Shown here piece after piece: positions 48,749 to 59,413 of a stretch of DNA of 64,000 nucleotides. Positions within the stretch are counted from its first letter, which is position 1. Every line of letters begins with the position of its first letter. The notes beneath the pieces are model-generated. The model was not told the origin of the DNA and made no database searches. It worked only from the letters and a program-made list of their open reading frames with translations. The stretch lies in the NCBI GenBank assembly GCA_023150835.1, contig JAKLKB010000022.1, forward strand, positions 1-64,000, read 5' to 3'. This stretch comes from Myxococcota bacterium. GTDB lineage: Bacteria > Myxococcota_C > UBA6777. The translations under genes were made by a program, and so were the position numbers.

Positions 48749-51700
48749 ATGCGTTGGTTTGGCATGGTTTTCTGGAGTATTGTGCTGGGTGGGAGTATGG
48801 TGTCGTGTGGAGGGGGAGGAGAGTGCATCAACAACATCCAACTGAGCGAGTACAACACAAGCGGGTTTCAATGCAGCAAAGCGTGTGATTGCAGCAATCT
48901 GCGCTATGAGGGCTACTGTATCGCGGGGGTTTGCGTCTCTTCTGCACGCACAGCCGCCCAACGACGGGGAGAGATCCGCCCCTGCAAACTCCAGCAAAAA
49001 GTCGACAAGTGTGAGTGGGGGAAACAAGAAGCACAACCTATCCCGCTCAAGGAGCTTTTGTGGGGCGATTGTGTCCCCCCAACCCCAACCCCCGAAAACA
49101 CCCGCGAAGCTTGCAGCGATAGCCAAGACAACGATTGCGATGGCCTGACCGATCTTGATGATGCGGATTGTAAAGCGTTTTGCCGTCCGGGCGACGTCAA
49201 GCCCTGTTATACAGGAGCCACAACGACACGAAATGTCGGCGAATGTAAAGACGGAACACAGACTTGCCAAGCAGATGCCTCGTGGGGGGCGTGTGCAAAC
49301 GAAGTGTTGCCTCAAAACGAAACCTGCGATGGATTGGACAACAACTGCAACGGCCAAGTCGACGAGGCATGCGGTTGTACAAAAGACGCCGACTGTCCGG
49401 GGGAATCGCGTTGCAAGTCGGGAAGCTGCGAGATCACACCTTGCCCTTCTGGACAATCGCGTTGCGGAAAAGAGTGCGTCGATCCACAAACTGATCCCCA
49501 ACATTGCGGGCGTTGTAGTCTTGCGTGTACGGGAGGCAATGCTTGTCAAAAAGGAGTGTGCCGTTGTCTCAACGGACAAACGGAGTGCAAAGGAGCTTGT
49601 GTCGATACAACCCAAAGCAACGCTCATTGTGGGGCGTGTGAGAATTCTTGTGGAGATCGCAAGGTTTGCCAACAAAGTCGCTGTGCTTGTCGGAGCGATC
49701 TGCTCGAATGTAGCGGAGATTGCGCTGATATCAACAACGACGACAAACATTGTGGAGGCTGTGGAAAGTCGTGTAAAAGTTATGAGGCCTGCCGAAGCGG
49801 AAAATGCGAATGCAAAGATCCCAAGGGATTTTGTGGTGGTGTTTGTGTGGATATCGCGACAGACAGCAAGCATTGCGGAGGATGCGACCAAGTTTGCGAC
49901 TCCAACAAAGAGCAGTGCGTGGGGGGGAAATGCGTGTGTGCTTCTTCTTTGGTCTTGTGTGATGGAGTATGCTTTGACACGAAAAGCGCCTTCCAACACT
50001 GCGGAAAATGCGGAGTGGTGTGTGGTGTCGGGGAAAAGTGCGAAGGTGGGCGGTGTGTGCCGTTGGCTTCGATCGCAGCAGGAGCGGCGAATACCTGCGC
50101 GATCTCTGGGTGTGGCCATCTCAAATGTTGGGGAAGCAACGGCGCAAATATCTTGGGGCGAACTTCCTCAACAACGCTGTACTGGCCGGGATGGGGCGTC
50201 GTAGATTTTGGCAGCGGACAAGGGCGGCAGGTTCAACAAGTCGCTGTAAATAGTTCGCACGCTTGCGCGATCTTGTTGGATCAAAGTATGCATTGTTGGG
50301 GTGCAAATCAGCACGGTCAGCTAGGCTACGGCGACACCACAAATCGCGCAACACCCGATCCTTTGGGGATAACGTTTCCCGTTGGTTTGTTTCCCAAGCA
50401 GATCACTTTGGGAGAGATGCACACGTGCGTTGTATTCAACGATCAAAGCGCCCGATGTTGGGGGAAAAATCATGTTGGGCAATTGGGATACGGAGATTCG
50501 CAACCGCGCAACAGCCCGCTCAGTCAAGCGGTTTCGGTGGGAACAGGGAGAACGGTCAAGCAGATCGAATCGCTGCTGGATCACACCTGTGCGATCTTGG
50601 ATAATGGAAGTGTCAAATGTTGGGGGGCCAATGATCGCGGACAACTCGGCTATGGCGACAAGACCACACGATCTTCTCCACCAGTGGGTGTGGTGTCTCT
50701 TGGTGCGGGTCGAACTGCGCTGGCTTTGGCGCTTGGGAGGGATTTTTCTTGTGCGCTGCTTGACGATGGCAGTGTCAAATGTTGGGGGGCCAACGATCAC
50801 GGGCAACTCGGCTATGGTGATACCACGCTGCGAGACGCCCCTGCTGCGGATGGGATCGATTTGGGGGTTGGGCGCACCGCCAAGCTGATCAAGGCGGGAG
50901 GCTCGTATGTTTGTGCGCTGCTTGACGACGGAAGCCTCAAGTGTTGGGGAAGCAACGTTGCAGGGCAGATTGGAAACGGCGAGTCAGGTTCAGGAAAGTT
51001 TCTGGCAAAGCCCGGAACCCCCGTTGCTCTGGGCGTCGGCAGGACGGCAAAAGCCCTTTCGTTGGGAGCAGGACACACTTGTGCTGTGTTGGATGATGAG
51101 AGCATCGCTTGTTGGGGGGACAACGCCAACGGTCAATTGGGCTACGGAGACAATCTGTTGCGCTCTCAAGTGACGGGTGAGCGGGTGTTTTTGGGCCAAT
51201 CGGTGTGTGGTGGGGCGTGCCGAGAGGTTTATCGATCGGGTGATTGTGGGGGATGTGGCGTTGTTTGTTCGGGCGTACAGGCGTGCTTGTCCGGCCATTG
51301 TACCGCCCCTGTGATCGCCATCCACGCCAACGCCCAATACACCTGTTCGCTGCAAAGCAACGGAGACGCCAAGTGTTGGGGAGATGGTGTTTATGGCCAG
51401 CTTGGGTACGGGGATACGTTGATGACAGGAAATAGGTACAGAAGCCCGAACCGAACGGCCATCCAAATGGGTGTGGGCCGAAGCGTACGATCGCTTGGTG
51501 TTGGAGAGAGCCACGTCTGCGCGATCTTGGACAACGGGGCGGTAAAATGTTGGGGGGATTCTACAAACGGTGCGCTGGGGTACGGTGACTTTGTGGTGCG
51601 CGATGTGCCAGACGCAAACCCAATCGATCTCGGAAGCGGGCGCACTGCCAAGGCCCTCTCCGTGGGCGGGCAGCACACTTGCGTGATCCTCGACAACGAC

Positions 51701-52447
51701 GCGCTCAAGTGTTGGGGGGTAAATATCCAAGGCCAACTTGGGCTTGGAGACCTCAACGGGCGCACGAAGCCTGAGGCCGCACCTATCAATCTTGGGACAG
51801 GGCGAACGGCGAAGGCGGTGGCTTTGGGAAAACACCATACTTGTGCGATCCTTGACAATGGGGAGGTCAAATGTTGGGGGAATGGGGTCGGCGGTCAATT
51901 GGGCTACATCAACGTTGCTGTAAAAAATGCACCCGACAGTGCGCCCGTTCCGTTGGGGGTGGGCAGGACGGCCAAAGCCATCTCAGCGGGAAAAACGCAT
52001 ACTTGTGCGATCTTAGACAACGATACGGTGAAATGTTGGGGGGCGAATGCGCAAGGAGAACTCGGTTATGGCGACACCACGTCACGCAATCCACCCGATG
52101 CCAACCCGATCAACCTCGGCACAGGGCGGACGGCCAAGGTGATCTCCGCAGGTTTGGCCCATACTTGCGCGGTCTTGGACAATGGCAGTGTGAAGTGTTG
52201 GGGAGCAGGTGGTGAGGGGCGTCTAGGCGATGGCAATGCAAAGGATCACAGCGTCCTTGCGCCGATGCTTGTGGATATCGGTGTGGGGCGCACGGCTAAA
52301 TCCGTTTCGGCGGGATCTCGGCACACCTGCGTTCTTTTGGACGATGACAACGTGAAGTGTTGGGGCTACAACTACGACGGCGAATTGGGCTACGGTGACA
52401 CGATCCATCGCACAACCCCAAGCCTCTATCCGATCCGCTTTTTTTAG
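48749..52447 (+). CDS. Cys-rich lipoprotein with two RCC1/BLIP-II repeat propellers
   Basis: Lipobox MVSC; C-V-D-x4-HCG-x-C repeats; about 14 HTCAILDNGxVKCWGxNxxGQLGYGD units. Confidence 0.88.
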   Translation: MRWFGMVFWSIVLGGSMVSCGGGGECINNIQLSEYNTSGFQCSKACDCSNLRYEGYCIAGVCVSSARTAAQRRGEIRPCKLQQKVDKCEWGKQEAQPIPLKELLWGDCVPPTPTPENTREACSDSQDNDCDGLTDLDDADCKAFCRPGDVKPCYTGATTTRNVGECKDGTQTCQADASWGACANEVLPQNETCDGLDNNCNGQVDEACGCTKDADCPGESRCKSGSCEITPCPSGQSRCGKECVDPQTDPQHCGRCSLACTGGNACQKGVCRCLNGQTECKGACVDTTQSNAHCGACENSCGDRKVCQQSRCACRSDLLECSGDCADINNDDKHCGGCGKSCKSYEACRSGKCECKDPKGFCGGVCVDIATDSKHCGGCDQVCDSNKEQCVGGKCVCASSLVLCDGVCFDTKSAFQHCGKCGVVCGVGEKCEGGRCVPLASIAAGAANTCAISGCGHLKCWGSNGANILGRTSSTTLYWPGWGVVDFGSGQGRQVQQVAVNSSHACAILLDQSMHCWGANQHGQLGYGDTTNRATPDPLGITFPVGLFPKQITLGEMHTCVVFNDQSARCWGKNHVGQLGYGDSQPRNSPLSQAVSVGTGRTVKQIESLLDHTCAILDNGSVKCWGANDRGQLGYGDKTTRSSPPVGVVSLGAGRTALALALGRDFSCALLDDGSVKCWGANDHGQLGYGDTTLRDAPAADGIDLGVGRTAKLIKAGGSYVCALLDDGSLKCWGSNVAGQIGNGESGSGKFLAKPGTPVALGVGRTAKALSLGAGHTCAVLDDESIACWGDNANGQLGYGDNLLRSQVTGERVFLGQSVCGGACREVYRSGDCGGCGVVCSGVQACLSGHCTAPVIAIHANAQYTCSLQSNGDAKCWGDGVYGQLGYGDTLMTGNRYRSPNRTAIQMGVGRSVRSLGVGESHVCAILDNGAVKCWGDSTNGALGYGDFVVRDVPDANPIDLGSGRTAKALSVGGQHTCVILDNDALKCWGVNIQGQLGLGDLNGRTKPEAAPINLGTGRTAKAVALGKHHTCAILDNGEVKCWGNGVGGQLGYINVAVKNAPDSAPVPLGVGRTAKAISAGKTHTCAILDNDTVKCWGANAQGELGYGDTTSRNPPDANPINLGTGRTAKVISAGLAHTCAVLDNGSVKCWGAGGEGRLGDGNAKDHSVLAPMLVDIGVGRTAKSVSAGSRHTCVLLDDDNVKCWGYNYDGELGYGDTIHRTTPSLYPIRFF

Positions 52448-52658
52448 GACAAGAGGTTTCGCTTTCGGACCAAAAACCTCGCGTCTGCGGTACTTCAGCG
52501 AATAGACACCACAGCGGCGATCTCACAAAAAGCTTCCCTCCCCCAAAACTTTTTTGTAGTATGCAGGCGACACCCACCTTTGAAGAGAGACTCGCGGCGT
52601 TTGCAGAGGTTTTTCGCACGCCGTTGTGTAGAGCAAACCAGAAAGAAAGGGCGCTGGA

Positions 52659-54497
52659 ATGAGCAAAATGCTCACCTATTCGTTGGGGATCGTGCTATGC
52701 ATGATCCCCTTCTTGATGCATTGTGGTCCCCCGAACTGCCAAGTCGAAAAAGATCATCCTCTTTGCCTTTCCGAAGAGGCTGCGGGTGACGCTTCGGAAG
52801 CGATCACCGAGCAAACCAACCCGAACGAACGCCTTCCCACCGATGATGCAGAGCCATCTGTACACGACGGTACAGGGGAAACTGTCGCCGATGGGGCCGA
52901 AGAACCCGCGATCAACGAATCGAATCCTGATGTAACCACCGAACAACACAACGACGACTTGAACCCTGATTCGGATAACCCGAGCATTACGTCGATTGTC
53001 GGAGACGGTTCCGCTCGTGCCGTTGTGTACAGTACGGGTACACAAAAGCCCGATGATGCAGTTGAATCACCCAATCGGTTTCGGAACAACTGGCAGCTTC
53101 ATGGCAAGCACCTCGACCGATTGACGGGGGCTTTGCTCGTTCTCAAAAAAGATGAATCCAAAACATTCGGCTCCAACGAGGGCCTAGTACTTGACGCTGG
53201 AGGTTCTTCGATGCTTCGCACTTTGACTCTTCCCAAAACACTCATCGCTGGTTTGTTTGTTCTCTACGGTCTGATCGGTAACAACAAAGTCTCTCTTGCT
53301 CAAGTTTATGTTCTTCAAGGCGAAAAAGGTGATTCGGGCGCTTCTGGACAAAAAGGCGACCAAGGCGACAAGGGCGACAAGGGCGACAAGGGCGACAAGG
53401 GCGACAAGGGCGACAAGGGCGACCCGGGCGCCCAAGGCGCAAAGGGTGATCAAGGTATCCAAGGCATCCAAGGCGCAAAAGGCGATCAAGGCATCCAAGG
53501 CGTCCAAGGCGCAAAAGGCGACCCGGGCGTGGGATTCGATACGCAAACGGTGACTTACATCAACGGCTTGAAGACGTACATGAGCGTCAACACATCGAGT
53601 AAACTGGTCAAATTTACGGGGGCGAACGTTCAGATCGTCAATGGTTTGTCTTCGACCAGCACCAAGGACGGAACAGGTAACCTGATCGTGGGTCACAACG
53701 AAAATCGCGCAACACCGGCGGATCGTAGCGGCTCTCATAACGTGGTCGTAGGCGATCTGCATGTGTACAAAAGTTATGGCGGTTTTGTTATGGGAAAGAA
53801 CAACGCCATCGAAGGCGCATACAGCAGCGTTTGTGGCGGTGGCAATAACTCCGCCACAGGCTACGCAAGCAGCATCAGCGGCGGAACGAACAACATCGCG
53901 AGCGGCGAGGGAAGCAGTATTAGTGGAGGCAACGGAGGTCGCGCTGTTGCGAATACTTCGAGCATATCGGGTGGCATGAATAACAGCGCAACAGGCGAAT
54001 TCAGCAGCGTATCGGGCGGTATGTTCAATGAGGCCAAAAGCTTCGCATCGTCGGTAACAGGCGGCGCAAGCAACATCGCGGGTGGTTTGGCCTCCACGGT
54101 TTGCGGTGGTGGCGTGCTGGATCTGGTGAACGGTGTCTATGCCAAGTCAACCTTCGGCAACAAGGCTTATGGCCGTTACAGCAGCGTGAGCGGTGGCAAG
54201 AATAACACTGCTGGGGATGCCTCGAATGGTACGCTTGGTGCGTCCAGCAGTATCTCTGGTGGTCTGGACAATATCGCAACGGGCGAAGCAAGCAGCGTCA
54301 GCGCCGGCTCTTCAAATACCGCGAGTGGGTATTTTAGTAGCGTTTCTGGGGGGGCCATCAACAGCGCAACAAGCCAAGGCGCGAACGTTTCTGGCGGGCT
54401 ACAAAACACCGCCGTCTCCCTGTACAGCAGCATTCTGGGTGGGTCTGGGAAAACCACCGGATCAGGAACATGGACGTGTTCCTCAACCTGCCCCTAA
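52659..54497 (+). CDS. Collagen-like lipoprotein with C-terminal S(V/I)SGG beta-helix repeats (fibre/adhesin-like)
   Basis: Signal ending LMHC; about 24 G-X-Y triplets (GDK/GIQ/GAK); ~14-aa N-x-A-x-G-x-x-S-S-V-S-G-G repeats. Confidence 0.8.
   Translation: MSKMLTYSLGIVLCMIPFLMHCGPPNCQVEKDHPLCLSEEAAGDASEAITEQTNPNERLPTDDAEPSVHDGTGETVADGAEEPAINESNPDVTTEQHNDDLNPDSDNPSITSIVGDGSARAVVYSTGTQKPDDAVESPNRFRNNWQLHGKHLDRLTGALLVLKKDESKTFGSNEGLVLDAGGSSMLRTLTLPKTLIAGLFVLYGLIGNNKVSLAQVYVLQGEKGDSGASGQKGDQGDKGDKGDKGDKGDKGDKGDPGAQGAKGDQGIQGIQGAKGDQGIQGVQGAKGDPGVGFDTQTVTYINGLKTYMSVNTSSKLVKFTGANVQIVNGLSSTSTKDGTGNLIVGHNENRATPADRSGSHNVVVGDLHVYKSYGGFVMGKNNAIEGAYSSVCGGGNNSATGYASSISGGTNNIASGEGSSISGGNGGRAVANTSSISGGMNNSATGEFSSVSGGMFNEAKSFASSVTGGASNIAGGLASTVCGGGVLDLVNGVYAKSTFGNKAYGRYSSVSGGKNNTAGDASNGTLGASSSISGGLDNIATGEASSVSAGSSNTASGYFSSVSGGAINSATSQGANVSGGLQNTAVSLYSSILGGSGKTTGSGTWTCSSTCP
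53359..53423 (+). repeat. 9-bp in-frame tandem repeat (GDK) in the collagen domain
   Basis: AAGGGCGAC units. Confidence 0.9.
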
Positions 54498-54581
54498 ACC
54501 GCACGCAGTTGGTTGCGATCGGATTTGCGCGGTTGGATGGTTTGGTGGGGTGTTTTGGTTTCGCACCAAGGATGGTGACGG

Positions 54582-54941
54582 ATGATCGAAGTCTACAAAG
54601 AGTTTCGTTTTGAGGCGGCGCATCGGCTGCCCAATGTTCCCGAAGGCCACAAGTGCGGTCGTTTGCATGGGCATTCGTTTCGTGTCGAGGTCCATATCTG
54701 TGGCGAGCTCGATCCGCATCTCGGGTGGATCATGGATTTTGGCGAGTTGAAGGCAGCTTTTGCCCCGCTGTACGAGCGTTTGGATCACCACTATCTCAAC
54801 GAGATCGAAGGGCTCGAAAATCCGACCAGTGAGAACTTGGCGCGATGGATCTGGCAACAGTTGGCCCCGACGCTGCCGCAGTTATGCAGGGTGGTGGTCA
54901 AGGAGACCTGTACTTCGGGATGTCTCTACGAAGGCAGATAA
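54582..54941 (+). CDS. queD: 6-carboxytetrahydropterin synthase
   Basis: [34 protein letters not shown] and ET. Confidence 0.95.
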   Translation: MIEVYKEFRFEAAHRLPNVPEGHKCGRLHGHSFRVEVHICGELDPHLGWIMDFGELKAAFAPLYERLDHHYLNEIEGLENPTSENLARWIWQQLAPTLPQLCRVVVKETCTSGCLYEGR

Positions 54942-55286
54942 CGCGACCGCAAGTCGTTTCGCCAGCGCCATTCGAGGAACGCGATCCCCCCGACAAAGAT
55001 CGCTTCGCCCCACACCTGCAAAATCATCGACCCACAAAAGCTTGTGCATCTGTGTTTGCCTGCCTTTCTTTTTTGCCCGCCCGATCAAGGTTTCGCCGCT
55101 TGTGGAAGAGCGGCCTCACAAATCAGATATCGACATCAAAGAATTTTTGCATAAGATCCGAGAGTCTAGGCATCGTCTCTTTGGGGAGGCCATGCAAGGG
55201 TCTTCGTATATCAAGGGCAACGAAAAGAGGCAATGCTTTTCTTCACTCGAATGACAGTTGAACTGTTCGGATATTCGGGGGTTTTT

Positions 55287-58200
55287 ATGTTGATACGTTG
55301 GATCGCGATCGGTTGGGTCGGTTTGGTTTGTTTGTTTTCTTGTACCGAGCAAACCACCAAGTGCCAAAAAGACGGCGACTGCCCGAGTGGGATGCAGTGT
55401 CTTGCGGGGCGGTGCTTTTGCCCGAGTGGTTTGAGTGTGTGTGGCACGGCGTGTGTGGATCTGCGCGGTGCAGCGGAGCATTGCGGTGCTTGTGGACAAG
55501 CCTGCAAAGGTGGCAAGCGATGTCAGCAAGGAAACTGCGTTTGTGGGGCAGGGCAAGTCGACTGTGGTACGGCTTGTGTTGATATCCGCAGTGACGGGAC
55601 GAATTGCGGTGGTTGTGGGCGGACTTGTGCGAGCGGAGAGTTTTGCACCAACGGGCGTTGTGCGGCGTCTTGTCCGAGCCAAACCCCCCAATCTTGCGGC
55701 GGAAGCTGTGTTGACCCCCAGAACGATCCGCTGCATTGCGGTCAATGCAACCTTGCGTGTAAGGCAGGGGAGTTGTGCCAAGCAGGCCAATGCGTCTGCT
55801 CGCAAGGACGGGCCTCTTGTGGCGATCAGTGTGCTGACCTACAGAGCAATCCTGCGCATTGTGGGTCTTGTGGGCGAGCTTGTCCGAGCGGGCAGCGCTG
55901 CGCGAGTGGACAATGCCTTGCGAACTGCCCCGAAAGTACGCCAACGCTGTGTTTTGGGGGATGTATCGATACCAAGACCGACGGCCAACATTGCGGACAA
56001 TGCGGTCAGCGCTGTCCTACACAACAGCAGTGTACAGATGGCCGTTGTGTGTGTCCGAACGGAACCATCCTTTGTGACGGGCGTTGCGTCGATCCAAGGA
56101 TCGATCCATCGCATTGCGGCACCTGTGGGAACGTCTGCAACAACGGGGTTTTTTGTAGCAAGGGTCAATGCCTCCCTGAGTGTACCGTCGCGACGGAGAC
56201 GATCTGCTTGGGTGGCTGCGCGGATACACAGACGGATCCTGCCCATTGTGGAAAGTGCGCAAACGCTTGTGGGATCGGCTTTGTGTGCAAGGGTGGGCAA
56301 TGCCTCTGCCCAGACGGCCAGACCGATTGCAACGGGCAATGCGTGGACACCAAGATCCACGCGCTACATTGCGGAGCTTGCGCAAAAAGCTGTAAGGATG
56401 GGGAGGTTTGCGCAGCGGGTGCGTGTACCGCTTCGTGTCCGACCGAAACGCCGAAGATCTGTTATCAGGCTTGCGTCGATCCGCAGACCAATACGCTGCA
56501 TTGCGGCGATTGCAACCGCCGTTGCCAAGCAGGGCAGATCTGCGACAAGGGAAGCTGCCAATGCCCAAACGGGACGCGATTGTGTGATGGCCTATGCACC
56601 GACATCAAGACAGACGGACTCCATTGTGGAGGCTGTCATCGCCGTTGTCCCGACCGTTTCGCCTGCCAAGCAGGGCTGTGTCAACTCCAATGCCCAAGCG
56701 GACAGATCGTCTGCAACGGCGGATGTGTGGATCCGAAAACAGATGACAGCCACTGCGGAAAGTGCGGTGTGACATGCCAAGCCCCGCAACGCTGCCAAGA
56801 CGCCCGATGCTTGTGCCCTTCGGGGCAGACGGCCTGTGGAACAGGCTGCATCGATCTGCAAATCAACCCCCAACATTGCGGCGTTTGTGACAAAGCCTGT
56901 GGTGCGGGTGAGCAGTGTGTGGCAGGAAAATGCCAGACCAATTGTTCCACAGGGCAAAGCGTTTGTGCTGGAAAGTGCGTCGACGTCAAAACGGACGCAG
57001 CGCATTGTGGAGCGTGTGGAAACGCCTGTGGTACGGGGCAATTGTGCGTCAATGGGCAGTGCGGATGCAGTACAGGGCAGACTTTTTGTGCGGGGGCTTG
57101 TGTCTTTACGGAGTGGGATCCCGCCCATTGTGGATCGTGTGGAAATGCCTGTGGTGCGGGGCAGTTTTGTGTGCAGGGCAAGTGCCAAAGCTGCCCACCT
57201 CAAGCCCCACAATGCGGCGCAAGTTGTTGTCCCAACCAGCTTGCTTGTTGCAATAACGCTTGTACCGATACACAAAACAGTCTCCAACATTGCGGAGCCT
57301 GCGGGCAAACCTGCACCGCGACGCAAGGCTGTTGCAGCGGAACGTGCATCACTCTTCAAAACAACAACCAACACTGCGGCGCTTGTGGAAATGCTTGTGC
57401 TTCTCCGCAGCGCTGTTGCGGGACGGCTTGTGCGAATACAGATCAAGATCCACAAAACTGCGGAAGCTGCGGGAACAAATGTCCTGCAGGAAGCTCTTGT
57501 TGCGGTGGCGTCTGCAAAAACTTACAAACGGATAACCAAAACTGCGGAGCGTGTGGGACGTTTTGTGGCCGAGCTCAAGTCTGTTGTGGTGGCACTTGTC
57601 GGAACTACCTGACGGATCCCCAACACTGCGGAAGCTGCGGGCGTGCGTGCGCGGCTGGGCAGGCTTGTTGTAACGGGCAGTGTGTGAGCACACAAACCGA
57701 CACGCAACATTGCGGAGGCTGCGGGCTCGCCTGTAGTACCGCACAGCGGTGCTGTAGTGGAAAATGCGCGGGACTACAAAATGATCCCCAACATTGCGGA
57801 GGATGCGGAATTGCTTGTACGACAGGGCAGTCGTGTTGTGGTACGGCGTGTGCGAACACGCAAACCAGCACGCAACATTGCGGAAGATGCGGGACAAGCT
57901 GCCTTGCGGGGCAATCTTGTTGTAGCGGAAGCTGCGCAGATACCCAAAGCAATCCGCAAAACTGCGGAAGCTGCGGGTTGAATTGCAATGCAGGGCAGGT
58001 CTGCCGCAGCGGAGTCTGCTCCGCCTGTGCAGCATCTAGCGAGTGTCCAAGCAACCAGTTCTGCCGCAATGGTCTATGTACCCCCTGCACAACGGCCTGC
58101 GACAACGCCTATTCATTCTCCAGCACAGGGACCGCTTCTCCTCGGGAGCTGTTTGTGGATGGCAGTGGCAATCTGTTGTTTGGTGGTTTTTATACAGGCA

Positions 58201-59378
58201 GCGTGACTTTTGGCGCGAATGTGCTGACCTCGCTAGGCCAAGAAGACGCTTTTTCGGTCAAGATGAGCCAGACAGGGGCGACGTTGTGGGCCAAAAGCGC
58301 GGGTGGAACGGCCAACGATCAAACAGATGGAGATGGCATCGACGGTTCGGGCAACCTCTATAGCATCGGTTTGTTGGGACGACACAGCACGCCGATGACC
58401 TTTCCGACCAATCCACCGACCACATTGACACCACGCGGTCCTTACGACGCGTACGTGATGAAGCAAAACAGTGCGGACGGAACAGCGGCATGGGCCGTCC
58501 AACTGGGCGGCAATAGCTATGATTGGTCCGGCAAGATCGCGACAACCGCAGCAGGAGATAGCTTTGTCACGGGCTGGATCGTCGGCCCCAATCAGCAGAT
58601 CTGCGCGCATACCGTGACCGACTCGTACCACGAGATCTTTGTGGCGCGAATTGAGCCGACGGCGGGCCGTTGTATGTGGGCCAAGACGGTGGGAGCACCC
58701 GGCGTGAGTGATTATCCTGCGGGCTTGGCGGTGAGTGGAACGAATGTGTATGTGACGGGCCGTTTCCAAGGTACGGCGAGCTTTGGGGCGACGCAGTTGA
58801 CCTCGCTAGGTGGCTTTGATGGCGTGGTCTTTAGCATGACGGATCAAGGCGCTTTTGGGTGGGCGCGTGGTTTCCACGGCACGCAAGATATCCTTGTGGG
58901 TGGCGTTGTGGTCGATGGGACGAACCTTTATGTGTACGGGACTTTTTCGGGGACCGCACAATTCGGCAGCTACTCCCTGACCGCAACGGGCGGAGCCAAC
59001 GCGTTTGTGGTGCGGATGACGAACACAGGCACGGTGTCTTGGGCAAAAAATCTCGGAACATCCGGGATCTTGCAGATGATCCGCACGGCATCTGGAAAGA
59101 TCTACATGACAGGGAGCTTTTCAGGCACGATCCGCCTCGACAACATCACGCTCACCTCTGTCGGCGGCAACGATGTGCTGTTTGCAGAGATCGATAGTAC
59201 GGGGGCTTTCCGACGTGCAGAGCGGGCTGGTGGCCCAAACAATGACGCGGGGCGCGGGATCGCCGTCAATAGCGCTGGACGGATCTTTATCGTCGGAAGC
59301 TACGATCGGCAAGGTTCTTTTGGCCCTGCGAACCTCACCGCCTCTGGCAACGCCATCTTCTTGTGGGCTTTCCAGTGA
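55287..59378 (+). CDS. Giant Cys-rich repeat lipoprotein with C-terminal beta-propeller
   Basis: Lipobox LFSC; more than 20 C(V/I)D-x4-(H/N)CG-x-C repeats, later ones with CC; C-terminal blades with V(T/Y)G-x-F-x-G-T-x-x-FG and G-x-x-D. Confidence 0.85.
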   Translation: MLIRWIAIGWVGLVCLFSCTEQTTKCQKDGDCPSGMQCLAGRCFCPSGLSVCGTACVDLRGAAEHCGACGQACKGGKRCQQGNCVCGAGQVDCGTACVDIRSDGTNCGGCGRTCASGEFCTNGRCAASCPSQTPQSCGGSCVDPQNDPLHCGQCNLACKAGELCQAGQCVCSQGRASCGDQCADLQSNPAHCGSCGRACPSGQRCASGQCLANCPESTPTLCFGGCIDTKTDGQHCGQCGQRCPTQQQCTDGRCVCPNGTILCDGRCVDPRIDPSHCGTCGNVCNNGVFCSKGQCLPECTVATETICLGGCADTQTDPAHCGKCANACGIGFVCKGGQCLCPDGQTDCNGQCVDTKIHALHCGACAKSCKDGEVCAAGACTASCPTETPKICYQACVDPQTNTLHCGDCNRRCQAGQICDKGSCQCPNGTRLCDGLCTDIKTDGLHCGGCHRRCPDRFACQAGLCQLQCPSGQIVCNGGCVDPKTDDSHCGKCGVTCQAPQRCQDARCLCPSGQTACGTGCIDLQINPQHCGVCDKACGAGEQCVAGKCQTNCSTGQSVCAGKCVDVKTDAAHCGACGNACGTGQLCVNGQCGCSTGQTFCAGACVFTEWDPAHCGSCGNACGAGQFCVQGKCQSCPPQAPQCGASCCPNQLACCNNACTDTQNSLQHCGACGQTCTATQGCCSGTCITLQNNNQHCGACGNACASPQRCCGTACANTDQDPQNCGSCGNKCPAGSSCCGGVCKNLQTDNQNCGACGTFCGRAQVCCGGTCRNYLTDPQHCGSCGRACAAGQACCNGQCVSTQTDTQHCGGCGLACSTAQRCCSGKCAGLQNDPQHCGGCGIACTTGQSCCGTACANTQTSTQHCGRCGTSCLAGQSCCSGSCADTQSNPQNCGSCGLNCNAGQVCRSGVCSACAASSECPSNQFCRNGLCTPCTTACDNAYSFSSTGTASPRELFVDGSGNLLFGGFYTGSVTFGANVLTSLGQEDAFSVKMSQTGATLWAKSAGGTANDQTDGDGIDGSGNLYSIGLLGRHSTPMTFPTNPPTTLTPRGPYDAYVMKQNSADGTAAWAVQLGGNSYDWSGKIATTAAGDSFVTGWIVGPNQQICAHTVTDSYHEIFVARIEPTAGRCMWAKTVGAPGVSDYPAGLAVSGTNVYVTGRFQGTASFGATQLTSLGGFDGVVFSMTDQGAFGWARGFHGTQDILVGGVVVDGTNLYVYGTFSGTAQFGSYSLTATGGANAFVVRMTNTGTVSWAKNLGTSGILQMIRTASGKIYMTGSFSGTIRLDNITLTSVGGNDVLFAEIDSTGAFRRAERAGGPNNDAGRGIAVNSAGRIFIVGSYDRQGSFGPANLTASGNAIFLWAFQ

Positions 59379-59413
59379 TCTCTACGACGCGCAAAGAAAG
59401 GAATCTGTGGATC

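Noticed and set aside
50080-52440. RCC1 repeats as a diversity-generating retroelement target
   Set aside because: No reverse transcriptase and no template/variable repeat pair differing only at adenines was seen.
54582-54941. queD as part of a 7-deazaguanine DNA modification (dpd) island
   Set aside because: No dpdA, queC, queE or folE nearby; it looks like an isolated housekeeping gene.
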